Source: Macrostomum lignano (Eukaryota). From it: DNA of 64,000 nt. Numbering within the stretch: the stretch's first letter is position 1; each line of letters opens with the position of its first letter. Below are positions 23,003-36,400 of the stretch, piece after piece. The DNA lies in the NCBI GenBank assembly GCA_002269645.1, contig NIVC01001883.1, forward strand, positions 62,001 to 126,000. Direction: 5' to 3'. The notes under the pieces are model-generated. The model was not told the DNA's origin, ran no database searches, and saw only the letters and a list, made by a program, of their open reading frames with translations. Position numbers and translations under genes: made by a program.

Positions 23003-23862
23003 TAAGGCATAGAATTTGGAGGTTTTGAGGCGACACCCGGTACTTCACTGGCCTGCACAAGCCTCAAACGAGTTCACACAGTCACAGGTATTGAAGATTT
23101 ATGAAACTGCAGAAAAATATCATTCTAACAAAGCTTAAAACCTCTGAATCTTTGAATCTAGGAATAAAGCGTATTCCACAAACCAAATATAATACTGGCT
23201 CGACCCGAGGATCCCAAGCTGACTGTATTTGCGTCCCGAAGCTGAATCTCCCGACGAGGAATGCGAAGCCTCTCAGCAATCTTCAGCTTCAGATTGCCAA
23301 CGTAGAACCAATTGCACAACTCGGAAATGCGAAAGTCGCTTGCTGGTGCAGCCTTATGGTCAATTTTAAATGGAATTGCAAAGCAGAACTAGCTCGTAAT
23401 ATATTGAAAGCTGACTATATCAATGAATTATACACTCGTATGTGCAGATGTGTCGATTTGGAAAAAAGTATAAAGGGGCAAGCAAATTTTAAACCGACTA
23501 TGAAAGATGGTGCCGGGTGGGGGCATAGACATCATGCAACTTTCTCAATGAAAATCACTTGAGGGACACATCCGGACCTTATTGTTCCTCTTTCTTTCTA
23601 AAAATTCTGAATCCATAATTAACAGTCCCGATTTTTTACGAATAACGATTGCCAATTGTTATACCAAATCTTAGAGCTGTACTCGTACGGTAGAAAATAT
23701 TGCTATAAAAGACCGCAAGGACACGTACCGATTCAATGAAATTTTTGAAGGGTTTCGAAACATTATTCATGGAACTGAAAAAAGGATTGTAATGTACGCA
23801 ATGCTTGCATGTGTAGTAACGTTTGATTTAATGCCAATTTTCCAATTTTTATTGTTGCTGTC

Positions 23863-24064
23863 CAGGGGCGTAGGCAGGGGGATAGGGGGGGTGTATCCCC
23901 CCCCCCGGAAAGCCTGACCAAAACTTTTTTGTTGCCCTTTGTTGCTATACATGCTACCAGTACCATGTGACTCTGTCATAGCAGTTTTACCTTGGTGTAT
24001 CCCCCCGTAGAAAATTCACCTTGGTGTACCCCCCCCCCGTAGAAAATTCCTGGCGACGCCCCTG
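23863..24064. mobile_element. hAT-type MITE (202 bp)
   Basis: TIR CAGGGGCGTAGGCAGG / CCTGGCGACGCCCCTG; 8-bp TSD TTGCTGTC at 23855-23862 and 24065-24072. Confidence 0.82.
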
Positions 24065-25174
24065 TTGCTGTCATGCTATATGTCCACTTTGTAATTTGAA
24101 TAATTGGTGCATGTAAAATAATAACATTGCAGATGCACTGTTAAGAACGTATAATAGCATATTGTAGTGGCCCTGCTGGTCTGCGATTCGTGCAGTACAA
24201 ATGCACCAGAAACAATCCCAACCCAACTATAAAGCTTGAAGGGGGGTGCACGCAGCCCAATGACTGATCACGTCATCAATTACTAGCTGCAGACAGCACC
24301 TCCCCCGGCCACACTGTCTGGCTACAGAATAGATAGACTCTGCGTTCGGCGTACGCTGCGGCCTGGGCACGGAGTCCAACGTCGCGCTCTTCGCGCTAGG
24401 GTGGCCACGTCATCCTGACGTGGAGAGTCGGAGAGTCGGAGAATCGCTGCGCCGCGAGAGCCGTTACACGACCTGCTGTTGTGGACGACGCAGGATCCGC
24501 GGAGACGAGACCATAGGACGAACGATGCGCTACACCGAGCTTCTTATGAGGGATGCGAGAGCCCGCCGCTCTGATTGCAGGGGTCCGGTGGGAAAGCAAT
24601 AGTGGGCCCAGGGCGGGCCGCTAGCGATTGCTGCTAGACAAGCGACTTTTCATTTTTTTGGTTATAACCTTTTTTTACAACAAAAGAATCAACTCATTGA
24701 CGTGGTTCTGCATACATGTAGTTCTTCTCAAACCTTTTAGTGGGCTCAGTAAAATGGTTTTCGAAAGAATAAATCAAGTAGCAAATGAGTGGCATGAGTG
24801 GCAGCTATATTTGGGTGGCATTACCGGCTACCACTGGCGGGCCACAATGGCGGGCCGCTAGCATTTCGTGGCGCAACCCGACCAGTGGTCGACAGCGACA
24901 ACGCTGGTGGGCCACCAACTTTTTTCCCACCGGGGGGAGCTGAATTTTGAGATGTGCGGCCCAAAGGCGTGTTCTGACACCTCTCCCTCTGTGGGTGCGA
25001 GGTGTATTTTGTTGCTGTTATGAATACGTGTAATATTGCATATAATCACACCACTTCTAACGATTCAACTTTGGCCTCGCCCCATTCCATGTGCGAGTCG
25101 CTAAAATATAAAAAATCTTTTTTTAACATGTAAAATGTCAAAAAATTTCTGAAGTTTTTAATTTCTAACTTAGA

Positions 25175-27845
25175 ACACAACAACAAACTACAGCAACCCT
25201 GAGCAAGCCAAATTAGGTTGCTGTCAAATGGCGCGCGCAAGCGCAGATTTGCGCAGAATAGCGAGTCCGCGGGGGTCGGAGATTTGATCGTCTCTTAAAA
25301 TCAGGTCGACGAAACGCAGACTACTCGCCTGACCAAGCCGCCGCGGCACGTCTTGCAGCAGCAGCAGCACGTCTTGAAGCGGCTCAGGGCAGTACTGCTC
25401 TGCCCGGATGACGTGGCCGGCCAGCTGTAGGCGCCGGATTCGCAGCAACTGGCTGGGTCGGGAGAGCTTAGCCCGTCGGTATAACTCGTCATTACTGGTG
25501 TTGGTGGTGGCGGTCGGCGAGTATTGGACACCGAAGGCGGCTCTCAGGAGTCCAGCGTGAACGGCGTCGAGTTGCCGCTCCTGCGGGCCGGTCGGTGTCA
25601 ACGTTTCAGTGATCCGGCAGCGCGGGGCTCTGCAGGACAGTCCGCACGGTGCGGAATGCGCCCCAGGTAAGCGCCCTGCGCCGTGCCATGTCCTCCGTGA
25701 TGCTTGGCACCAGACCACCGAGGTAGACGAACTCTTTGCAGCGGGGCAGCAACGCCACCTGCCCGTTCGTGCAGCGGCAGTAGATCTCAGCTGGGAGGTC
25801 CGTCGGCACGGTCAGCACCATTGTCTTTTTGGTATTCACGGACAGTCCGATCGCAGCGGCCGCCGCCGTCAGCTGGTCTAGCAGGCGTTGAGCTCCTTCA
25901 GCTGTGCTAGACAGCAGCGCTAGATCGTCCGCGTACGCTAGGACGGAGAGTCGCTTCTCGGGGTGCCGCTTGCTTGTTCTGCGGCAGAGCAAGAATCCTT
26001 TGGAGTCGTCAGGGAAGCCAGTGCGCAGTACCCAATCCAGGACCAGGACTAATAGAAAAGGAGCCAGGGTGTCCCCTTGGAGAACGCCGGAAGACGTGTC
26101 AAAGAAGTCGGAAAGGCCATCCGGTGTCACAACTGCCGCCCTAGTCTCCTGTCTCCTTGTACAGAGCTAACACAGCCGTCACCAGCTGCTCGGGTACGTG
26201 ATACGCGCGCAGGATGTTCGCGATGACCCGCCTCGACACCGAGTCAAAGGCCTTCAGGAAGTCTACGAAGATGCAGATGATGGTCGACTGATGAACCTGG
26301 GTCACCCACCAGGTTCAGAGCGTTGCGTCTCTAGCGGCCTGTCAGCTGATTGACGACCGACCAGACGACACGCGGTTTCTTGTCGGGACCGGCGTCCGTG
26401 ATCTCCTGAATAGCGGTCTCTACCGCGGCGCGTTGCCGGGCTTTAAATGTCTCCGCTAGAGTCTCCTCTTCCTTCTCCGCGGGCTGTCCGCTCCTCCGCA
26501 GTCTCTCCACTGTCAGCTGGGCCTGCCGCAGCACTTCGTCGTTCTGCCACACTGGCCGACTCCTTTCTGCTGGCTTCACCAGCGGTAGAGTTTTCGTAGG
26601 GGCGGCGGCTTGGATGGCGGCACTGTGGCTGGGGTTGTTGTATCCGGCCGTTCTTCAAGCGCCTCGGCAGACAGAAGCGGCCACTTGTAACCGGGTCGCG
26701 TAGGGCGCGGAAGTAGCGTTTTGGCTGTTTTTTCGGTGGTCGATATAGCGGGTCCTTCAGGTGCAGGTCGCAGTAGAGCAGCCTATGGTCTGACCGCACT
26801 GCCAACGGAGCCACCGTATCGCAGTTAGTCACTCGTCGTCGTTCTCGCTGGCGAAGCAGCACGTGGTCGTGCTGTGCGAGTCTCTTCCTATCAAATTTTC
26901 CAGACGCTTTCCGACGTGGCCGCTTACAGCCAGCAAATGTTGCCAATCTGTGAAGCGGCTTCCTGAACAGCGTGTTTGCTGAGACCAGGTCATGGCGGTC
27001 CATGAAATCCACTAGGGCATTAGTATTGTTGTTTTCGCGTGGCGTTACAAAGCGAGCGCGCTCGGACCTTCGCATGACCACGTTGAGGTCTCCGAGTACC
27101 AGTACAGTGTCGCGTTGAGCGGTCTTCTCCAGCTGCGCTGACAGGAACTCCAAAAACTGTCGGTGCTCCTCAGGGCGCGCAGCCGTGGGTGCATAGGCAT
27201 AGAAGAGCCGCATGTTACGCTTGCGGAGTCGGATGTCGACGCGCAGAAGCCGCGGCGAGAGGCTTCTCAAAGCGTGTACTTTGCTGAAGCCTCGGCCCGG
27301 TTAGAACGCCAATTCCTCCCAGACCTTTCGAGTCTGCTGATGTGTATTGCAGCAGCCAGCCACCGCCTACTAGGTGCTCCTTGTGAAGCCCAGGTTCGGC
27401 CGTGATGGAGAGCTCCTGCAGCATAATTATACATGTATCAAGTTGTAGGTCACCTGCAAGCTGGGCCAAAAGATGTTGTCTCCACTTTGCTCGCAAAGTT
27501 CGGCGGTTCCAGGTAGCAATTCTGAGCTGTTGCTGTGCGCATTTTGGTTCGGCTGGGGTCCGGTGATTTTGAACCTCACGGTCCCTGGCGCCACCCAAGC
27601 GGATCTGTACCACCAGTTGGCAGGTGCCGGCTGCCTGTGGCTCGTCGCTCGCGTCCCCGAAGTCGGCCACGGCGATTTCGCTCACGGCGGCGCCGTTCTT
27701 TGCGTCGACGCTCACTTCAGCGGCCCCGCTGAGTGGATGGTGTACCGCTCTTGGCAGCCGCAGCAGAAGCGCGGCTCTACGTTGAGGCCTTGGAACGCAC
27801 CGCTAGCATGCTTGGCGGCGGCACCAGGAGGCGGCGGCACTATTT
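25175..27845 (-). mobile_element. RTE-clade non-LTR retrotransposon, internally deleted and frameshifted
   Basis: APE: IATWNRRTL..LQEL, YAYAPT, LGDLN, RSDHRLL; RT: SGVLQGDTLAPFL, AYADDLAL, FVYLG; C-terminal RRLQLAGHVIR; N-terminal RT subdomains missing near 26300; boundaries approximate. Confidence 0.85.
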
Positions 27846-29463
27846 AAAGGCTCAGCGTTTAAATATTTATACTATATTTATAATTCTTACTTAGTATTGA
27901 CAAGAAGTTAAAGAACTAGCTAGTATAAAACATAGAGGGATATACGTGCTATAAAGTTGTAATTATTGAATTGGAATAGCCAAGAAAAAAGTGAAAAATC
28001 GTGCAAAGTGAGGCAGGCTGTTAAGGCAGTCAAAATTCAACAAAGTTAAATAGTTTTAAATTACTGCTTTTTGTCTGGGAAGATCGGAAGTGATTCTGGT
28101 TCTGGAATCGCGCGGTAATATGAAAGGCTAGTTGAAAAACGGCATGCGTGAACCATGTAATTTACGAGCGTACTTGTAATTCCAAGAAACAAGTTCCCAC
28201 TACGGTTCACTAATTATCTTACTAGCTAGAGGCCAGAGGCTAGGTCTAGGATATGTCTAATTCTACTTTTTTTGCTCTGTTACTCCAATACAATAGGATG
28301 ATGCCTATATAGTCTATATGTGGTGTAGATTTACTAGTCAAGTTATCTATTATAGAGATAGGCCTAGGCTAATATAAAGCAATTTTGTGCTCGTGTACTA
28401 CAGAACATAATAAGCTATAAGCAATAAGCATTAAACTGCATATGGTGGCTGTGGGTAGAAAATGCATTTATTCTACAATTTCAAGGTTGTAAATTGTTTG
28501 ACTTGCTCTGCATCGCCTATAACTATAGGCCTAATGACATCATCAAAAAATTGAATCATTTGCAAATAGGATTTATAAACTTTATTACTTTATACTTACA
28601 TAGCCATTCATTGTCATGACATTCATTGTCAAAGATCTTATTATGGGCATTGAAACTCTGGGTCTAGATTAAAATGGCCAAAGCGAAATGCTACTAGGAT
28701 AATTGGCTAATAGGATTAGGATAGGAATCTTACGTTTAACATGTCATTTAACTTATTATCTATCAAAATATCAAAGTTATTTTTATAACGTTTGCCTTTC
28801 CTTTAGCTTTATTAATGTAAACCAACAAAGAAGATCTATATTTCCTAGCTACTATTGTGATTTGGAATTTGATTTAATTTTAGCTATTGATGAAAGAAAA
28901 TACTTTATTATGCAAAATGAATAGGCCTATTTAATTCATTAGCAATAAGCTAGGCCCTATAAATTTGGTCTTTTACATATAGAATTAATATACTATAGAT
29001 TGGCCTATAGGCCTAGATATCTTGAGGTATTTAATTTAGCTTAAGCTAAAAGCTTAGATTTAATTTAAATCAAGTCAAGCATTGCTTCTCTATCGGAAAA
29101 AAAGTTGCTAAATAATAGATGTCTATCCAGTGCATTTTCTATAAGTTAGTACTTGGAATGTATATTAAAACAACCATATATAAAATGGCCTAAATGTCAA
29201 AAGTTATCATGCTTTGTGTGGTCTTCTATTGTCATAATTATAAAAAGGTCTTTTATTGTTGCAATACTTCCTAGGCCCTAGGGTACACTTGGTACCCCTA
29301 ACCCTTTGATGTGGTCTATGTACTTTGGAGATTGCTTTAAAAATGCTTTAAAGTTGGTTAAAAAATTGTGCATATATTGTAACTAGGCTTTGTATACAAG
29401 CCATTATAATGGCAAATCCATATTTCCGAATATCTGCCACTGACTCATGCATGCAGCCAGAGA

Positions 29464-31723
29464 ATGCCACCCAAGAAGAGGCAGTCAACATCCAAGCCAA
29501 AGGCTGCTGGCAGCAAGCGGGCAAAGCTGGATGAGGCTGCATCAGAAAGTTCAGCTGGCAAGGAAAAGAAGCCTGCCAAGGCTGCTGCTAAGAAGGAATC
29601 AGATGCACCTGGAGCTGTGGCTGCTCCCAGCACTGCGGCAGCTCCCAGCACTTCAGCCACATCGCTGGAATGCCCCGCTGCCAAGGACGCTGAAGGCCGG
29701 CCCTGGAGTCTGAAGCTGGCCTCCTGGAATATCAACGGCCTGCGCGCCTGGCTGAAGAACAATGGCACTCGTTATCTGCTTGAGGAGGCGCCCTTCATCA
29801 TTGGAGTCCAGGTGCGAATGTGTATTGATTAGTCCTTTTTGGATTATCTCCATTTGACCCAGTTTGCTTCTCAATGGAATATAATATCCCATGTATCAAT
29901 TCTAATGGATTATCTTCATTGATGCGGTTGGATTATCCTGTGTGGATGCCATGCCGACTGGATTATCACAAGTTATCCCATTGGATTATCACAAGTGATC
30001 CCATTGGATTACCACAAGTTATCCCATTGGATTACCACAAGTTATCCCATAGAATTATCCCATCTATATGTTGTGATTGACAATGCTCGCGCAATGAATT
30101 GACTACTGACAATGAACTATTGGCCTTATTGAATGCATGGGCGTATAATGTACTCAGACTAGAATGAGTAGGAGATTGCGTAACACTGTTGTCAACGTGC
30201 ACATGAGTATAAATATATTGTGAGCGAGATGTATATCTCTTAGCTCAAAAAGCTTTAATCAAACGAAACTCTCTGTGTCAATTAGAACACAACACTATAC
30301 AGACTGGATTATCACAATTATCCCGTAGGATTATCCCATCGATACAGATTGGATTATCACAGTTATCCCATTGGATCCCATAAGGATCATAGGATACAGA
30401 TCCCATTGGATTATCTAGATCTCTTAAGTTATTCGATAAGATCATCACATTGATACCGTAAATCCTAATCCATAATCCCACTGCTCCCTGCCCGGATCAT
30501 CCCAGGAGATCAAGTGCCCCTCGGCCAAGGTGCCCCCGGAAGCCAGCATTCCCGGCTACCACGCGCTGTTCAGCTCGGCGGACAAGGACGGCTACGCGGG
30601 CACGGGCATCTACAGCCGCGACAAGCCGCTGTCCGTCAAGGAGGGCATCGGCGCCGCCAAGCACGACGGCGAAGGCCGGGTGATCACGGCGGAGTTCGAG
30701 AAGTTCTACTTTGTGACCGCCTACGTACCGAACAGCGGGCGCCAGCTGGCCAGGCTAAAGTACAGAGTGTCCGAATGGGACAAAGACTTTGCCGCCTACC
30801 TGCGCGGCCTGGACGCTGTCAAGCCGGTGATTGTCTGCGGCGACCTCAACGTTGCGCACCTGGAGATCGACCTGGCCAATCCCAAGACCAATCAGCGCAC
30901 GGCGGGTGAGGAAGCTGCGGCTTGGCTGAAGGACAGTCAGCATTGGGCACAGTTGGAGACAGGGAGGCTGGATTGGTAGGCGGAGCCTGGTTGCTGGAGG
31001 GCAGCACTGATAAACATGGCGAGTTACCTAATCTGGTGTATAAGGCACACAGAAAGGACTTGAACTAATATAGGGGTGATTTGGGCAGTAAGATATCGAT
31101 ATGCTAAAATAGATGGGGTTTGTGAGGCAGAAAGATGAGGTAGACAGGGAGGGAGAAGGTGAGATAGTGTCGTGGTGAGGTGGCCAGAAGATGATCAGGT
31201 AGGAGATAGTAAGGTAGACAGGAGATAGTGAGGTAGGCAGGAGATGGTGAGGTAGGCAGGAGATGGTGAGGTAGACAGGAGATGGTGAGGTAGGCAGGAG
31301 ATGGTGAGGTAGGCAGGAGATAAGTGAGGCAGACAGGTTATAGGGAGGTAGACAGGAGATGGTGAGGTAGATAGGAGATGGTGAGGTAGGCAGTAGATGG
31401 TGAGGTAGGCAGGTAGATGATGAGGGACTCAAATGTTAAATTGGCAACTCCCCGCAGGCTTCACCAAGGAGGAGCGGGACAGCTTCTCGTCCATGCTGAG
31501 CTCCCTCGACCTGGTGGACACGTTCCGGCAGGTGCACCCGGACCAGACCAAGGCGTACACCTTCTGGTCCTACATGCGCAACGCCAGGGCGCAGAACATC
31601 GGCTGGCGGCTGGACTACTTCCTGGTGTCCAAGCGGCTGGCCGGCCGAGTCTGCGACAGCCTCATCCGGTCAAGCGTGATGGGCAGCGACCACTGCCCCA
31701 TTGTGCTGCTGCTGAGCCTGTGA
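29464..31723 (+). CDS. APEX1: DNA-(apurinic/apyrimidinic site) endonuclease 1, 337 aa, 3 exons
   Basis: Exons 29464-29811, 30506-30905, 31458-31723, all GT-AG and in phase; SWNINGLRAW, QEIKC, YVPNSG, CGDLNVAH, YTFWSY, GWRLDY, SDHCP. Confidence 0.95.
29955..30060. repeat. About 23-bp tandem repeat (GGATTATCACAAGTTATCCCATT) in APEX1 intron 1, with related copies at 30300-30480
   Basis: Direct reading. Confidence 0.8.
31190..31415. repeat. 19-bp tandem repeat (GTGAGGTAGGCAGGAGATG) in APEX1 intron 2
   Basis: Direct reading. Confidence 0.9.
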
Positions 31724-32101
31724 CCTGCCGGGAACTGTTGGCTGCCCAGCAATGCATTGCACTTTATTTACTGTTAAACAGCTTTAGCTACTTATAAAAT
31801 CATAGCTATATCTATGTCAATATTTTATGTGCTTTTAAACTTGACTCTGCATAGCAACTAACAGTTCGAGTTCCGGTCTATTTTTATAACCATTTTCTCT
31901 TCATTTTCTAGTTTAAGTTCTCTGGTTGTTTTTACAAGAATAAATAATTAAAAAACCGGAAATTCCTTCGGGTTGGCGCCGCCGCTTGTTGTGCCAATTT
32001 CTGTACTTTTGCCTTCTATTTCTCATCTGCTGAATCATATTTAAGCACTAATATTCGAATTTCCAACACCGCAGCTTTGGAACTCGATTTCCCAATCCCA
32101 C

Positions 32102-33310
32102 TTGCAGCCGGCCTCCGTCTCCGCAGTTTTCTGGCGGCGCAGCCGCGCCCTCTTGGCGATTGGCGCCGGCTGCCGGTTGGCGCCGCCGTCTGCCGCCGCC
32201 CACGTGCGGTCCGGCCGGCACCTGGAGCACGTGCTCTACCCCGCCCGCCTGCGGCCAAAGCGGCCCCAGCAGGCCGCGGAAAAGCGGCAGCAGCAGCAGC
32301 GGCTCCCGAGCGCGCAGTCGTCGCTGGTGACTCGCGAGGATCTGGAGGCCGCCTGGAATTGGCAGGCCGAAGGCACCGACCCGGCTGCTGCCACCAGCCT
32401 CATCCTCAGCGTCGACTGTCGCGCCATGAGCTCCGAGGACCTGGCGCTCAGCCTCCGCGCCATCGCAGCGCCATACCATGCGCGCCACCTTGGGGCCGGC
32501 GGTGAGACTGCGCTAGCGGCACTGCGCGCCGATCCCCGCCTGACGCTGCTCGAGTGCGCGGCCGCGGCGCGCGCGCGCCACCTCGGCCCGGCGCAGCTGT
32601 GCCACCTCGTTCGAGACCTCTGCGTTGCGCTGCGCTCCGACCCGCGCGTCACCGCCGCGCCGCTGATGCTGCTCAACTCCGCCGTGAACGACCTGCCCTT
32701 GGCACGCTTGCTGGAGACGCTGTGGCGCCTGACGCAGGCGACCGCGCCGCCGCCTGGCCCTGAGCCCGCGCTCCTTCGGCGCCAAGCTCTGGTGCATCTT
32801 CGCGCGCGCCTGTTTGAGCTGGAGGCGCCGGCGCCAGATTGCGCGGCTGCAGCTCGAGCGGCGCTTCTCTTCCCCGGCGAAGGCGAACTGGAGCCGTACC
32901 AGACGGCGCGCCTTTTGTCCGCGGCCCGGCGTGGCGCCGCTCGCGCCTCCGCTCTGGACCCCGCGCTGGTTGGCGACGCGGCTCTGGGCTGGCGGCCCCT
33001 CCTGGCCTGGTCGCTGCCGCCGGCGTGCCGACACCTGAGCGAGTGCGCCGAGGGCATGTTCGAGCTGGGCGCCGAAGACATGGACGGCCTGCTGAACTCC
33101 CAGGAGGCCCTGCTGGCCGCCCTGACTCAGCCGGTGCCGCCGGACGAGTCCGCGACCGAGGCCGCCGCGGTGGCCGGCGGGCTGCGCGACTTCTGCGAGC
33201 TGGGGCCGCGCGTCCTTGAACGGCTGCCCTCGGCCGCCCGGCCGGACGACTTGGCAACCAAATTTCACTCTGACCGGCGGCGCCTCCTACCGCTGGCCAT
33301 CGCTGACTAG
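32102..33310 (+). CDS. Hypothetical 402-aa helical protein with a mitochondrial-presequence-like N-terminus (possibly FASTK-like)
   Basis: Long GC-rich ORF with host-like codon use; Arg-rich, acid-free N-terminus; Leu/Ala-rich helices (DPRLTLLE..LCHLVRDL). Starts at TTG; product assignment weak. Confidence 0.5.
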   Translation: MQPASVSAVFWRRSRALLAIGAGCRLAPPSAAAHVRSGRHLEHVLYPARLRPKRPQQAAEKRQQQQRLPSAQSSLVTREDLEAAWNWQAEGTDPAAATSLILSVDCRAMSSEDLALSLRAIAAPYHARHLGAGGETALAALRADPRLTLLECAAAARARHLGPAQLCHLVRDLCVALRSDPRVTAAPLMLLNSAVNDLPLARLLETLWRLTQATAPPPGPEPALLRRQALVHLRARLFELEAPAPDCAAAARAALLFPGEGELEPYQTARLLSAARRGAARASALDPALVGDAALGWRPLLAWSLPPACRHLSECAEGMFELGAEDMDGLLNSQEALLAALTQPVPPDESATEAAAVAGGLRDFCELGPRVLERLPSAARPDDLATKFHSDRRRLLPLAIAD

Positions 33311-33480
33311 CCAGCCTGCCACTGGCCGCTGCAATGGCGTACTGTCCCACAGCATTTTCTTGTGTTATTGAACCGTAATAAAATATAGCAAACAGAAATA
33401 GCGCTTAGATGCGCTAAGATGTACAAAATATTTCATGGCGAATCGTTACTTCCTGTTTCTTTATTGTCCTTGGGTTGGGT

Positions 33481-36400
33481 TGTAGATCTTCAATCTGGAG
33501 TATCGCCTCCTAGATCTTCAGGCTGGATTATCGCCTCCTAGATCTTCAGGCTGGATTATCGCCTCCTAGATCTTCAATCTGGAGTATCGCCTCCTAGATC
33601 TTCAGGCTGGATTATCGCCCCCTAGATCTTCAATCTGGAGTATCGCCTCCTAGATCTTCAGGCTGGATTATCGCCTCCTAGATCTTCAATCTGGATTATC
33701 GCCTCCTAGATTTTCAGGCTGGATTATCGCCCCCTAGATCTTCAGGCTGGAGTATCGCCCCCTAGATCTTCAGGCTGGATTATCGCCTCCTAGATCTTCA
33801 GGCTGGATTATCGCCTCCTAGATCTTCAGGCTGGATTATCGCCCCCTAGATCTTCAATCTGGAGTATCGCCCCCTAGATCTTCAGGCTGGATTATCGCCT
33901 CCTAGATTTTCAGGCTGGATTATCGCCTCCTAGATCTTCAATCTGGATTATCGCCTCCTAGATCTTCAGGCTGGATTATCGCCTCCTAGATCTTCAATCT
34001 GGAGTATCGCCCCCTAGATCTTCAGGCTGGATTATCGCCTCCTAGATCTTCAATCTGGAGTATCGCCTCCTAGATCTTCAGGCTGGATTATCGCCTCCTA
34101 GATCTTCAATCTGGAGTATCGCCCCCTAGATCTTCAGGCTGGATTATCGCCTCCTAGATCTTCAATCTGGAGTATCGCCCCCTAGATCTTCAGGCTGGAT
34201 TATCGCCTCCTAGATCTTCAGGCTGGATTATCGCCTCCTAGATCTTCAGGCTGGATTATCGCCTCCTAGATCTTCAGGCTGGATTATCGCCTCCTAGATC
34301 TTCAGGCTGGATTATCGCCCCTAGATCTTCAGGCTGGATTATCGCCTCCTAGATCTTCAGGCTGGATTATCGCCTCCTAGATCTTCAGGCTGGATTATCG
34401 CCTCCTAGATCTTCAGGCTGGATTATCGCCCCTTAGATCTTCAGGCTGGATTATCGCCTCCTAGATCTTCAGGCTGGATTATCGCCTCCTAGATCTTCAG
34501 GCTGGAGTATCGCCCCCTAGATCTTCAGGCTGGATTATCGCCTCCTAGATCTTCAGGCTGGATTATCGCCTCCTAGATCTTCAGGCTGGATTATCGCCTC
34601 CTAGATCTTCAGGCTGGATTATCGCCCCCTAGATCTTCAGGCTGGATTATCGCCTCCTAGATCTTCAGGCTGGATTATCGCCTCCTAGATCTTCAGGCTG
34701 GATTATCGCCTCCTAGATTTCAGGCTGGATTATCGCCCCTAGATCTTCAGGCTGGAGTATCGCCCCTAGATCTTCAGGCTGGATTATCGCCTCCTAGATC
34801 TTCAGGCTGGATTATCGCCTCCTAGATCTTCAGGCTGGATTATCGCCCCTAGATCTTCAGGCTGGATTATCGCCTCCTAGATCTTCAGGCTGGATTATCG
34901 CCTCCTAGATCTTCAGGCTGGATTATCGCCTCCTAGATCTTCAGGCTGGATTATCGCCTCCTAGATCTTCAGGCTGGATTATCGCCCCTAGATCTTCAGG
35001 CTGGATTATCGCCTCCTAGATCTTCAGGCTGGATTATCGCCTCCTAGATCTTCAGGCTGGATTATCGCCCCTAGATCTTCAGGCTGGATTATCGCCTCCT
35101 AGATCTTCAGGCTGGATTATCGCCTCCTAGATCTTCAGGCTGGAGTATCGCCTCCTAGATCTTCAATCTGGAGTATCGCCCCCTAGATCTTCAGGCTGGA
35201 TTATCGCCTCCTAGATCTTCAGGCTGGATTATCGCCCCCTAGATCTTCAGGCTGGAGTATCGCCTCCTAGATCTTCAATCTGGAGTATCGCCCCCTAGAT
35301 CTTCAGGCTGGATTATCGCCTCCTAGATCTTCAGGCTGGATTATCGCCCCCTAGATCTTCAGGCTGGATTATCGCCTCCTAGATCTTCAATCTGGAGTAT
35401 CGCCCCCTAGATCTTCAGGCTGGATTATCGCCTCCTAGATCTTCAGGCTGGATTATCGCCCCCTAGATCTTCAGGCTGGAGTATCGCCTCCTAGATCTTC
35501 AGGCTGGATTATCGCCTCCTAGATCTTCAATCTGGAGTATCGCCCCCTAGATCTTCAGGCTGGATTATCGCCTCCTAGATCTTCAGGCTGGATTATCGCC
35601 CCTAGATCTTCAGGCTGGAGTATCGCCTCCTAGATCTTCAATCTGGAGTATCGCCCCCTAGATCTTCAGGCTGGATTATCGCCTCCTAGATCTTCAGGCT
35701 GGATTATCGCCCCCTAGATCTTCAGGCTGGAGTATCGCCTCCTAGATCTTCAATCTGGAGTATCGCCCCTAGATCTTCAGGCTGGATTATCGCCTCCTAG
35801 ATCTTCAGGCTGGATTATCGCCCCTAGATCTTCAGGCTGGATTATCGCCTCCTAGATCTTCAATCTGGAGTATCGCCCCCTAGATCTTCAGGCTGGATTA
35901 TCGCCTCCTAGATCTTCAGGCTGGATTATCGCCTCCTAGATCTTCAGGCTGGATTATCGCCTCCTAGATCTTCAGGCTGGATTATCGCCTCCTAGATCTT
36001 CAATCTGGAGTATCGCCCCTAGATCTTCAGGCTGGATTATCGCCTCCTAGATCTTCAGGCTGGATTATCGCCTCCTAGATCTTCAGGCTGGATTATCGCC
36101 CCTAGATCTTCAGGCTGGATTATCGCCTCCTAGATTTCAGGCTGGATTATCGCCTCCTAGATCTTCAGGCTGGATTATCGCCTCCTAGATCTTCAGGCTG
36201 GATTATCGCCCCTTAGATCTTCAGGCTGGATTATCGCCCCTTAGATCTTCAGGCTGGATTATCGCCTCCTAGATCTTCAGGCTGGATTATCGCCTCCTAG
36301 ATCTTCAGGCTGGATTATCGCCTCCTAGATCTTCAGGCTGGATTATCGCCCCTTAGATCTTCAGGCTGGATTATCGCCCCTTAGATCTTCAGGCTGGATT

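Noticed and set aside
24165-24861. Possible hAT-like element with TAG(T/C)GGCCC termini
   Set aside because: Two candidate right ends, and the flanking 8-mers match at only 6 of 8 positions at best; boundaries unsupported.
27740-27830. Possible HDV-like ribozyme at the RTE 5' end (contains UCAACGU)
   Set aside because: P3 cannot form (GCC versus AGA) and no convincing P1/P2 pairing was found.
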